Under the pieces are notes generated by a model that did no database searches, was not told the DNA's origin, and saw only the letters and a program-made list of their open reading frames with translations. A DNA stretch of 62,238 bases, filler included. It is 13 parts of 13 records of this genome, joined end to end, with 100 filler letters (N's around TTAATTAATTAA, not from the genome) between each part and the next. Parts side by side here need not be neighbours in the genome. Positions count along the whole stretch, not along the records: positions 17,115 to 25,704 come from SRR15195285_10510; positions 25,805 to 30,199 come from SRR15195285_10512; positions 30,300 to 33,502 come from SRR15195285_10514; 10 more parts are not named here. The stretch is one strand, 5' to 3'. Shown in pieces: positions 20,101 to 31,450 of the stretch. Position 1 is the first letter of the stretch. Each line of letters starts with the position of its first letter. The translations under genes were made by a program, and so were the position numbers.

Positions 20101-23100
20101 TTCCTGGTCTATTCGCTGGTTCTGGGAACTGTGAAGTGGACGTCGACGAGTGTGCCAGCACTCCGTGTGCCAACAGTCAGCCATGTGTCGAGAGTGGCTC
20201 CGTTGGAGCAGACATCCCGATAAGCGACTTTAGTTGTGACTGTGGCAGATTCTGCAGAACTAACGAGTCAGAGATCAAGCCGGAACAGGAATGTGACCCA
20301 AACCTCGGGGACAGCTCATTGCAAACCACGACTGGCGACGAGTGTGAGATCGTAGCGTCCTCGTGCTATGAGGACGAAGAGGCTCAATGTGACCCAGTCA
20401 ACTCCCAGTGCATCAGTCTCGGTGCTGGCTCATTTGAATGTGTCTGTAACGACGGATGGGAGCCAAATGGTGGCACAGAAGGGACAGTTTCTACCGGTGG
20501 CTGCATTGATATTGATGAGTGTGGCTCAAGCCCGTGTCAAAATGGTGGAATATGCACGGAGTCCGCATGTGCGCCTGGTGAAGTCTGTTTAGCGGGCACT
20601 AGCTCCAGCAGCAACCCACCACTTGGGAGTTTTCGTTGCACCTGTGCTGTCGGCTATGCAAACGGCGTCTGCGCAGACGGCTGGGACGCGAAAGCGCAAG
20701 TGATGACAAACTGGTACACACCAGATTGCACCAGGAGCACTGGGGGTGCCTGTGATATTGATATCGACGAATGTATGAGCGCACCATGCATGCATGAGGC
20801 GACGTGCGCAGAATCAGGCACCACTATGGACATTTCCATAGACGCATATAGGTGCACATGCCTGACTGGTTATACCAACGGGGCGTGCGATTATAACCGG
20901 GACGGTTTTGTGAACAGAGCTGACGCATACTTGGTGCAGTATACGGAGCGTTGCACCGTGATGGAGAGCACGTCGATGGATGGCAACTGTGATGTTGATG
21001 TCAACGAATGCGATAGCAATCCATGTCAGAACGGTGCGGAGTGTCTCGAGTCTAGCAGCCCTGCGGTGGCGGTATCGCTCCACGCATATGTATGCATGTG
21101 CACGCCGGGTTTTGCGAACGGCCTGTGCGGCTACACACCACTCCCAGAGTACAGTGCACAGTGCAACGTATTGGAAAGTGACGACGGCAGCTATGCTGGT
21201 AACTGTGATATTGACGTTGATGAATGCGCCAGTAGTCCTTGCCGAAATGGAGCGACATGCACTGAGTCCTCGGTGGACTCAACAATTTCGTTATGGGCCT
21301 ATCGATGTACATGTGTTGCTGGCTACAGCAGTGGAAAGTGCGACTACAGTTTCATCGCTGAGGTTGCAACCGGTTGCTCTGTGGCTGAGAGCAGTGTGGC
21401 GCCGATATCGGGCGCAGGCAACTGCGAGATCGATGTGGACGAGTGCTCAAGCAGTCCATGCGCAAACAACGCCACGTGCACTGAGTCCCTCGTTGAGCCG
21501 AGTGTATCGCTGCACGCGTATCAGTGCACGTGCTTGCCTGGCTTCGCAAACGGTGCGTGCAGCTACACGTTCATATCCGAGTACACAGATGAGTGCACCG
21601 TGCTGGAAAGTTCTACAGATGAAGTATGGGGCGGCAACTGTGATATCGATGTCAACGAGTGCAACAGCAGCCCGTGTGTGAACGGCGCGAAATGCTCGGA
21701 CTCTGTCAGCGAGCCGGGCGTGTCATATCACGCGTACCAGTGTACATGCCAAGCTGGTTTTGCCAACGGGCAGTGTGACTACGAAGGTGTGAATGCAGCA
21801 TACGCGACGCGCTGCTCGGTGTTGGAAAGTAGCGCGAGCTTCGAATACAGCGGCAACTGTGATATCGATGTTGATGAGTGCATAAGTACCCCGTGCAGTA
21901 ATGGTGCACTCTGCAGGGAGTCTACCAGCCATCAAGCGATTCCAGCAAACGTGTACCAGTGCTCTTGTGTGCCTGGTTTTGCCAATGGTCTCTGTGAGTA
22001 CGACTTTTTGCACGGCTCCGACACGGGCACGGTCTCAGAGATCGGTGGAATGTATGCCGATGAGTGTACCGTCGAACACTCGCGCGCCAATGATTTCACT
22101 GGTAATTGCGATATTGACATCGATGAATGCGTCAGTAGTCCCTGCCATCACGATGGAACATGCTCTGAGCTTGAGATGACCATCGAACAGCGTGGGGTAT
22201 GGGACGGCGAGCATGGCCAGTGGACCAACCTTGCAAAGCTGTACAGCTGCAACTGTACGGGCAGCTGGATATCTGGCTCAGACTGTGAGGTTCGTGGAAC
22301 TTTCTCGTGGGCGTGCGAACGCGGCCAAATGCCCGTGGACCCAGCCGTAACTAACTGGGACCTAGAGCCTCCTCGCATAATGGAGTGTAGAGAATGCGAG
22401 CCTGGTCGCTACTCACCAGATGGTGTGCGGTGCAGAAAGTGCTCTGACGTCGCACCGCTAGTCACTACGACCTGCAGCAGAGTGACGAACCTTCGGGGCG
22501 TGATTTTGCGAGAAGAATGGCCCTGTACTCGGCAGTACACGTGCATCAAGTGTCCGCAGGGCCTTGTTCCAAACAACCCAGACAACGCGACCCACTGTGT
22601 GAGCGCCATGGACTCCAACGACACGTCCCTGACTAGCCTAGGAGACTCTATCGCTCCAGTCGTGCCAGTGGCCACACTAGACGTAGCCATCAGTGGTGAA
22701 CCCGACGTGGATGCGATCGTGCAAGCTCTAGCAAATACAATGGGCGTAGATATCGCTTCACTAGCCAGCAAAGAAGGAGGTCCTCCCAATCTAGTGTGCG
22801 TGGCAAAGTGCTGCGATGACTTGACGCAGACTGGGCGATTGCCTGATGATGATCCGGACCCGCAGGAGGTGCCAATCGACTGTGCCTGTGACGGCAGCGC
22901 TGATGGCAACCAGCGCGATCCGTTCGACACCTGCGTATCGGTCAGGGCAGCCGGTAGACGCCGGGCCATGCGGGCGGTACCCCTTAACACTCTACTAGCT
23001 GCAGGCAATATGACTCGACGTTTGCAAGATGGAAACGCCCGAGACTTCTCACTGGAATTTGTCATTCAGGATGATCCACTCGCTCAGATAGCTATCGACA

Positions 23101-25704
23101 CCTTATCCGAGCAGTCGCAATATGCTCTATCTGGTATCGATGGAGCTTCCATCGGCGATGTGGTAACCACCACAATCTGTCCGGAAGGGAAGGTTCGTGC
23201 CGGTCCCAACGTGCTCTGCCAGCAATGCCCATATCCAGACTTCACACCGGATGCGGTTGCATGCCGGTCATGCCCAGATAGCCAGGTGCCGACAGACGAT
23301 GGTAATGCACTTGCACCGTTTATTGTGTCTGTGCCCAGCATTCGAATTCGTTTGGATCTCACCCATGTTGGCTGTGTACTGTACACTGGCATTGAACCGT
23401 TATGCAGGCAATGACTGCCGCTGTGCAGACGGCTGGTACAACAGCAGCACTGGCTTCGTTACTTGTCACGACGAAGGCGTTAGTGTTGATCACATCCGTG
23501 ATTCACCAGAATTTCTTTTCGCCGCACAAGAAACTACTGTGGGCCTAGGACCAGGGATAGGGGAGGCTGTTTACGGGACACAGTGCAGCCGATGTCCAGG
23601 CAACTGTGTCACGTGCGCCGACGGAATCATTCGCGTCAAACCAGGTTACGCGCTCAACGCGCGTCAAGCAGCCGAGAAAAGTGCGCTGCATCCGTTCAAG
23701 TCAAGTCAGTCAATTTACAGCATTTTCACTGGTGACTGTGCTCCACCTTCGCAGGGCCGCTAGATGCAACATACGGTATGCGACATGTGTTCAAGTGCAC
23801 AAATGTCTCTAGCAGCGACCAGTCGATTGAATGCCTCGGTGAAACCGAGCGTCAATGGGATGGGGAGATCAATGAAACTTTACTGGAAGGCCAGAACGGG
23901 ATGGAGCAGACAGTGTTCATGTTCAGCCAGTGTGACAACTCTAAAGAGCAGTGCGACAAAAATGTTTGGTGGTTGTGTGATGACAAGGATGAACATTGCG
24001 TGGACCCAGAGGAGACACCCAAGCTGTGGTGTGGCTTAGGCTACGAAGGCCCACTGTGTAGTCAGTGTGAGGATGGCTATGGTCGCAGCGGTATCGCACG
24101 CAACAACGCCTGCACGCTGTGTGGGTGGTTCATGAAGACATTTGGGTACTATGTGCTGGTTCTTGCTGGTATAATTTTGATCTATATGCTTCATTACCTG
24201 ATCGGATGGTTTGCCGTGACAAAGGCTGATCTGGCGCCTACTAAAGCCAGAATTGGGATAGCATTGGTCATTTGCAATTCGGATTACGGAAACCAGCAGG
24301 ACAGCTGGCCAGAACTACCTGCTGCTGAAGCAGATAGTAAACTCATTGTCACTAAGCTCAGATTGTATGGCTACGATGTCATACACGTTGTGAATGGGAC
24401 CAAAAAGGTGATGGACGATGCTATCAAATCATTCAAGCTGAAGTTGAAAAATGAGTCTAAGTACCAGCCTTACAAACAAACCCACCCTGGTTTGGCTCCG
24501 GGCGAGGTGGCAGCGTTAATCTTTTATGTGGGCCACGGATGTCAGGTCGATGGCGAGAATTTTCTGGTTCCTTCAAATCATACTGACAGGCACCAACACA
24601 ATCATCTTATTCCTGTGGATGATGTGCTCAAGGCCGCAAGACCGAAGGGTCGAAAGGGTCCAACGATCTGCATTCTCGACGCCTCTCATCCGAAGGAGCG
24701 CGGCCCACTGGTTCCGATGAAGGACGGCTCAAAGAAAGACATGTTCCACTGTCCTCTAAGCAAGGGGGTGATGTTGGACCCAGTCTACCTGAATGCAGAC
24801 CCGCCCGACTCAGACAAGCACTTAAAGGCTTCTGCCGAAGCTGGCGAACACATGAAAGGGGTAATCGATCAAGGTTGGTGCTATGAAAGAAGCGCTCTGA
24901 TTGACTATTGTAAGCGCACCAAAAAGGCATCTAACGGCGCAATTGTCGGCAACCCTCGAACTGGTGAGCCGATCGAATGCAAATACATTGCATCTGAGGA
25001 CAGGTTGGTGCTCGACATCACCCCACACGAAGAGCGACGGCAACATATTCTCGAGTGGACCCACCAGAGTGCGCTCAGTCCCATCGATGAAGATAGTCTG
25101 GACCCCGATACAGTTGTAGTTCTGGCTACAGAACCGAACCAGTTTGCGCCGACTACGTCCACTGAAGACGAAAATGACTTCAATTTTCACGCCGGCCGCC
25201 CCTACGAGCCATCCCGGGGATACCCGAGGACGTTCGCGACCATGCTCACAATGCGAAGAGGGGTAGATGAAGTACTGAGCCTGATAGCTACAAGAGTCTC
25301 AGCAAAGACCCGAAATCTTCAACTCCCGCAGCGCACAGGACAGCTGAGCATTCGGGAGACGGAATACTGGGTTCTGAACAAGAATGGTGACGGATCACTG
25401 GTACGCAAACGGTGGACCAACGGATTCATCATAAATGGCAAGCTTCCAGTCGATCCGACTCGTGCAGGCGGTGTGCAATACAGCCTGCCTGATGATGAGG
25501 ACGAGGAAGAATACGGTAATCAAGTGGTTGACGGAGCCGACGGTGGCATTGATGGTGAAGATGTTGATTTCGGTCGGTCGACATTTGCTGCTGCAATGAA
25601 TTCCGGGATCTCCTTCCTCTCCACGCTTGTGCCGTCGTTTCGCATTGCCCTGGGAATGATCCAGATTATGAGCGGAATGCAGTTTGCGTTTTCCATTCAA
25701 TTTC
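17115..25704 (+). CDS. Giant receptor-like protein: about 24 Ca-binding EGF repeats, Cys-rich stalk, TM, caspase-like (C14) domain with inserted U-box, further TM; truncated at both ends
   Basis: In-frame introns 17290-17387, 23302-23407 and 23681-23754 join ORFs 17137, 17397, 23197 and 23778 into about 2,770 aa. D[IV][DN]EC.S.PC.NG repeats; TM 24141-24218; IALVICNSDY, FYVGHG and ILDASH; FHCPLS..M.DPV / G.CYERSA / NPRTGEP. Confidence 0.85.
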
Positions 25705-25804
25705 NNNNNNNNNNNNNNNNNNNNNNNNNNNNNNNNNNNNNNNNNNNNTTAATTAATTAANNNNNNNNNNNNNNNNNNNNNNNNNNNNNNNNNNNNNNNN
25801 NNNN

Positions 25805-27117
25805 GGCGGCGGCGGGGGCGGCGGCGGCGGCGGCGGCTGCATCATCACTCTGGCCACAGACACATGCTTCAAACAGTGTTCTCACTTGGGTAGGACATGG
25901 TGTTGGTCATGGTGCTTGCTCCGGTAGAAGCCTGGGATCGTGACGTCCATACGCGTGTGGTTGATCGCAGGAAGAAAAGCTGCCGCCAGAGCAAACACAG
26001 CGACGCTAGAGGCGTGCAGCCCTATCGTGCGTGACACGATAATGATTGCAAGCAGGTGGATGTACTCCCCAACAAGGTACTCAAACGGGTGCTCGTTGAT
26101 CGCATCCTCGATGCCGTTGCTGGGGACATGCTGCTTGTGATGGTGTTTGTGCACCCATGCGTATCTGAGCGGGATCAGCAGACAAAGCGCACAACACGCT
26201 GAGACTGACGCAGAGGCTGCCACAGAGCAGCAGGGTACAGCTGACGAGTACGCACAGCCTACGGTGATGAAGAGCACGATGAAAGAAAGAGTAGAAGAAG
26301 TCGTAGACAATGAACAGCAGTGGCGTCGCGAGGACCGTGTTGAACAGTGACATCTCGCTCGGGTTCCACATGACGTGCTTCTCCGCCGTCCACATATATC
26401 GCAGGGTGTGGTAAAAGAACACCGGTACATACATCTTGTTGAACCTGCACTCAGGAGCCAGCAATGGGATAGCCCACGCAGACAGCGCATGAGCGTACGC
26501 AGATGATGGCTACAGCATGCATCGGGCACCAAGCCAGCAGGTGTGACGAGGGGCAGGAACCCGGGCAGGCGTACCACATGTACCAAAAGTCGCGGCCGTA
26601 CAGCGCCCCCGGGATTACATGTGGTTTACCACGCGGCGCTATGGGCTCCCATGTCCCAAGGCCTACACTAATTAGGCCTGGTCCAACGCAGGCTGTGGCA
26701 ATCTGTCCAGCAACGGCTGCGACACGCAGCATAAGCAGGGCCAAGGTGAGACGGGCGGTGTGAAGAATGCCAGCCAGATGCGCTCAACACAGAGCGCACC
26801 AAGCAGTAGCTGCAGACTGATTGACCAAGCTGCAAAATGAGATCCGCTCCATGTGCTGCTATCCCATATCTTGACCTCCATGTCCTCCCACTGCGCCACA
26901 CATGACACATGACATCACATTGCCGGTCACGACCCTATTCCGCACCCGCCCACAGTTGGACCGTTGGCGCGTGCTTGTGCGACAGTGCGTAGATAGACTG
27001 TACCTCCCACGTTGTCCTCGTCTCGTTGCCCCTCTCCGTGCCCGAGCGCGCCGCGACACACACAGCAGATACCACCAGCGCCGCTACAGCTGTCCGCACG
27101 CTCGTCCCAGCTGCCAT
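25805..27117 (-). CDS. Fatty acid hydroxylase / sterol desaturase superfamily protein, multi-exon, 3'-truncated
   Basis: His boxes HRALHH, HKHHH, NH and HDQHH plus HPFE. In-frame introns at 26165-26255 and 26445-26574, probable introns near 26720-26799 and 26891-27003, and a final donor at 25885. Confidence 0.85.
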
Positions 27118-27835
27118 CTTGAGCACCGCCCGCCCCTGCACAGCTCAGCCACCCTGCCCCGGCAACACGGCTGCCACACGCGACAGGCGGCGCCCTTGAA
27201 CAGTCTGCACTCGCAGAGTACGAGTGTACGCAGAGCTAACGCTACGTTCGCATCTTCGCAATGAGTTCAACGCTAAGCGCACGCACGCACGCCGCGCGCG
27301 GGAAACTTCGCACGCGCGCGCGCCGGACGTCGTCCTCCTCCGTCCTGCACGCTACACGATCTACCAGTAGCGCATGCACCATGCATGCAGGCGGCATGCG
27401 CGCGAGCAGGCAGAGTATCCTAGATATAACCAGAGAGCGATGAATGTGGCATCCGCAGACAGCTAAAAATCACGTTGTCGAATTCGGGCACGTCATCTAT
27501 AGTGGGACCACCCAGTGCATTGGTGTGCCCCGGGTAGGTCCGGAGATTCTAGGAAAGTGAGAAAGGAGGCCTCCTGCTGTTCCTCATGCTAGGGCACACT
27601 TGACGCTATGGCTAAAGGCTAATGCTCGAGGGCATACTAGGCGAGCGACGTACTAGCAATTTACATGGAATTTATGTGTGGTGCGGAAAACGCTCGCCTC
27701 GATTCCCAACCGCGCGAAATTGCGCTCGTCTAGAAGGCCTTCTCTTCGTCAGTCGTTCGTCGTGGAGATGCTAGTAGCTCTACCGTGAGGGCTAGCGCAA
27801 GGAGTTGGCGCAAGCAAGGAGTCGACGTAAACCAA

Positions 27836-30025
27836 TTATCGGTGCAGTCCATCCCCCTCTGGTGGAACAATCTTGGTCACCACGACGGTCGTCAGCACTT
27901 TGAGCTTGTCGTCCGCGGTACCCACGACAGTCGTCAGTGGGTTGCACATCTCGTCGGTGCTCGTAGTGGTGGGACTGGCAGCTAGACGGCACTGCGCACA
28001 GTTGCAGAGTGGATCGTGGGCAGCGACATGTGTTTGCATCCGTTGCTTGCTAAATCCAACGTGAATGAACTTGGCGTCATCTTCGAGCAGGCCAACAGGT
28101 TGGTGTTCGTTTACTGGTGGCGACGCCTCGGGAACGGCAGCCTGCGTCAGCAATGTGGCGTGTCGGTAAACACAAGGAAGCCACAACCAATTCACGGTGA
28201 CGCCGACCCAAATCGCCAGAAATCGGAAATCCGGATCCGTCTCACCAATTACAACCACAAGGAAGCCGACGTACAGACCCATTGTCCATGTCCAGAAGAA
28301 CACGTTCAGGTACAGCGGGGCGCAGACATTCGGCGCGTGCTTGCACTTCTTGCAGCCACAACAGATGAGGACGCCCATGAGCCAGCAGCCTCCTGCCATG
28401 GCTCCGAGGACCGGCAGCTCCTGTCGCTGTTGGTGGGAAATAGGAGTCCACTCTCCAGACTCAGACTCTGACTCTCTGATCGAAAACTGACAGGTGGGCT
28501 CCACCTCACAGTCTCCAGCCCAGTGCGTGGCGCCTTCGTTAGATGCACAGTTGCACTGCCCACACGCATCTTCGAACGCAGAACCAAAGCACACGCCTGC
28601 ACAGTCCTTGTCAATCTCTGCGCAACGCTCATCACCGACCTCGGAGACCAGCAGCCCCGGCGTGGTGATCCAGCCGGATCCATTGTTCTCTTGCCACCTG
28701 CCAGCAGCACAGGACGCCGGAGAGTGGTCGCAGTGTGAGTGCCACACCCACGACACGCCAACAAAGTGCGAGCCTTCAGGGCGCTGGTACAGGCACTCCG
28801 TCTTCTGAGCAGCTGGCCCGATCATCCAGACGTACGCGTAACCATCAGGTTGGTAGATCACAAGGTTGTCTCCACCCCGTTCGCGCTGGTAAGTCGGCTT
28901 GCCGTTGCAGCGCGCTTCGGTTATCATGTAGATTCCCGTTCGGTCCTTTGGATTGATGGTGGCTGATGCAGGCAACCCGAACCCTGAGACGCGCACAGCT
29001 TCAGGATACCCCATCTGCAACGGGACCCAACCACCCTCGCTGAACAGGGACAACGGGACCCACCCGCCCTCGCTGAACAGGGACGGGCAAAGGCGCGCAA
29101 TCTCAGCGATGTACGAGGCGCAGACTCCATCCGGATCGATCGTGTCGGGACGCTGCCACACTACAGTGTGGGTCACGCCTGTCTCGGTGTCGAAGCGCTC
29201 ATCTCGCTGTGGCGAACACGTGCTGTCTCCTGCATTGCCCGGTCCGACGCAGCACAGGTGCTTGATCGTGTCGGCAATCGCTTGGTGCTCATCACGCGCG
29301 GTGCATTGCGCGCGTTTGCCCTCATACGCAGTCGTTGCAATCGATCTTGCGACTAGGTTACGGATCCCGAGGTCGACGCATCCTGAGCATGCTTCCAGGT
29401 AGCTTAAGTAGAGGTTGAAGCAGAGGTGCCTTTCTGGGGCTGGCATGCCGTACGGATCCGTGTTGGTCGGCGTGCCGCAGCCATGCCACTCCAAAAAGGA
29501 ACTTCCGAAAAGAGTGAAGATGTTTGCGCACTCGGGGACCATTGGAGCAGCAGCGTGCGTATGAGTGACCCGTGGGCTGGCCAGACAAAACACCATATCC
29601 ACGTGATCCAGGCCGCTCAGAGCCCGGCTGAATGTATCGTTGCCGCTACGACACTGCTCGCTGCACTCCTGGTGGCCCTGGTGATAGGCGCAGTCGAAGC
29701 GCTTCTCTCGCTGGGGCCCCAGCAGCTTCAATACACGGACAGCCTCTTCTGTGAACATCCTTGTGGAAGCCACGCCGTGGCGATCCACTGACTCGTATGC
29801 CTGGCCTTCGCACGACCTGAGCATCTCCGCGATGGTCGCCTGGCATGCGGCGGTGCAGGTGTGCTGGGAACACTCGCCACTGATGGTCGCGCTTCTCGCG
29901 GCTTGGTAGCTGATGTTGCACGCCAACTGGATGCCCTCCTGCGGCGGCCAGAGAGGGTCATTAACAAAAAAGCTCTGGGCTGCGACGCTGTCCCACGCGA
30001 GGGCGATGAGGGGCAGCACGCGCAT
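27836..30025 (-). CDS. Cys-rich cell-surface protein with signal peptide and about 3 C-terminal TM helices
   Basis: Single 729-aa ORF. MRVLPLIALAWDSVAA signal, DCAGVCFGSAFEDACGQC motif, and three hydrophobic segments near the C-terminus. Confidence 0.75.
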   Translation of the reverse strand: MRVLPLIALAWDSVAAQSFFVNDPLWPPQEGIQLACNISYQAARSATISGECSQHTCTAACQATIAEMLRSCEGQAYESVDRHGVASTRMFTEEAVRVLKLLGPQREKRFDCAYHQGHQECSEQCRSGNDTFSRALSGLDHVDMVFCLASPRVTHTHAAAPMVPECANIFTLFGSSFLEWHGCGTPTNTDPYGMPAPERHLCFNLYLSYLEACSGCVDLGIRNLVARSIATTAYEGKRAQCTARDEHQAIADTIKHLCCVGPGNAGDSTCSPQRDERFDTETGVTHTVVWQRPDTIDPDGVCASYIAEIARLCPSLFSEGGWVPLSLFSEGGWVPLQMGYPEAVRVSGFGLPASATINPKDRTGIYMITEARCNGKPTYQRERGGDNLVIYQPDGYAYVWMIGPAAQKTECLYQRPEGSHFVGVSWVWHSHCDHSPASCAAGRWQENNGSGWITTPGLLVSEVGDERCAEIDKDCAGVCFGSAFEDACGQCNCASNEGATHWAGDCEVEPTCQFSIRESESESGEWTPISHQQRQELPVLGAMAGGCWLMGVLICCGCKKCKHAPNVCAPLYLNVFFWTWTMGLYVGFLVVVIGETDPDFRFLAIWVGVTVNWLWLPCVYRHATLLTQAAVPEASPPVNEHQPVGLLEDDAKFIHVGFSKQRMQTHVAAHDPLCNCAQCRLAASPTTTSTDEMCNPLTTVVGTADDKLKVLTTVVVTKIVPPEGDGLHR

Positions 30026-31450
30026 CGCTTGTGTTGTTGTGGACTTGTGGACGAAGGTGGTTGCTATGAATACTACTAGTAGTAGTCGTATGCTGTGGGG
30101 AAGCGGGCATCGGCTGGTTGGCGGGACGGAGGCGCCGCGGCCTACGTATACCCCGGCGCGCGCGCGGCCGCGCCGCGCCGCGCCGCGGCGGCCCCCCCCN
30201 NNNNNNNNNNNNNNNNNNNNNNNNNNNNNNNNNNNNNNNNNNNTTAATTAATTAANNNNNNNNNNNNNNNNNNNNNNNNNNNNNNNNNNNNNNNNNNNNA
30301 CCTCCACTGCTGTGCCTGCCGGATCCGCGGCAGCTGCTTTGGCGCCGCTCGTAATCCAACCACAGACGCTGTTCTCGCCTCCGGGCGCCGCGCGGGTTTG
30401 TGTTCCACCGCGCTGAAATCTGGCAGCTGGCCTTGTCGTGCCGCTTCTACCCAACACTGTGGACGCTTTGGATGGCCAACGACATCTACTTCTCGCAGCG
30501 CTCGATGTGCGTCCTCTCGCGGCACTGGTCGACACAGAAGCGTCTCTCCCAACGTCACGCGCAGGCAGCCATTATATAGAGATCGCGGAACCGAGATCGC
30601 GCCGCGGCTGCACACTCGCCCAACGGCCGGCTGTTTTCCCATGTTCGACATGTGTTTTCCCGCGGATTCTCAAGCAAAAAACGCAACCCTTGACTGAGAA
30701 CACCACGAATTTCAGTACTAATGCGCGAAAAATCGCATCCTAATCCGGACTCAACCGCTACTACTATATCATACTATCCGGATAGTACCTAGGTACTTGA
30801 GTAGTACCTCAGTGCTCGAGTGCTGTACTCGAGTACTATGAATAGCTAGCAGGAACTTCCTAACAGAAAACAGTGTTTAGTGTGTACACACGTGCTGCAG
30901 AAATAGTACGGTACTCAAGTACAGTACGTGGTCATGCATTCCCCAATGGCCCAATGCGAATCCCGAGGCCGTCAGAAAAACCGTCGGTATCGACACAGTT
31001 CTCAGGTCCCCTTTTCGTATGGGGAATGGAGACTCCAGAATGGCACCATTTTCCAATACACATTGCACCCAAATCAAAAATCCATATACCCCGGCGCTTA
31101 ATTTCGCATGGGGACGATCGCAATGATGAGCTCAGGCGATGGTGATGGGCTGCCATCCTCTTCGATGAGATGCAGATGCTATCGCTATCAGGCTTGTATG
31201 TGCTATGTCTATGGGATAAGAGGGCCTCTTAGTAGCTAAGCAGCAGCCGCCGCCTCCGCCGTCCCCGCCGTCCCCGCCGTCCCCGCCGCCTGTGTGGACG
31301 CTGCAAGGAACGTGGACCTGGGTGCTTATGAGAGGCTGATGAGATGAGGGCGGCGGCAGCTCTGCAAAGGTAGGTGTCGGGCTGGATGGTGTAGCTCCTG
31401 GTAGGCGCGGGGGAATGGGTTGCGGCGGCGCTGCCGCCGCCTCAGATCAG

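Noticed and set aside
17397-23414. Calling the EGF protein Notch, Crumbs or fibropellin
   Set aside because: No LNR/NOD, ankyrin or laminin-G domains are visible, and the cytoplasmic part is caspase/U-box.
23732-23763. 32-nt intron joining the EGF and caspase ORFs
   Set aside because: It is in frame but much shorter than other introns. 23681-23754 has a typical donor (GTGCGC), pyrimidine tract and length. Either choice keeps the fusion.
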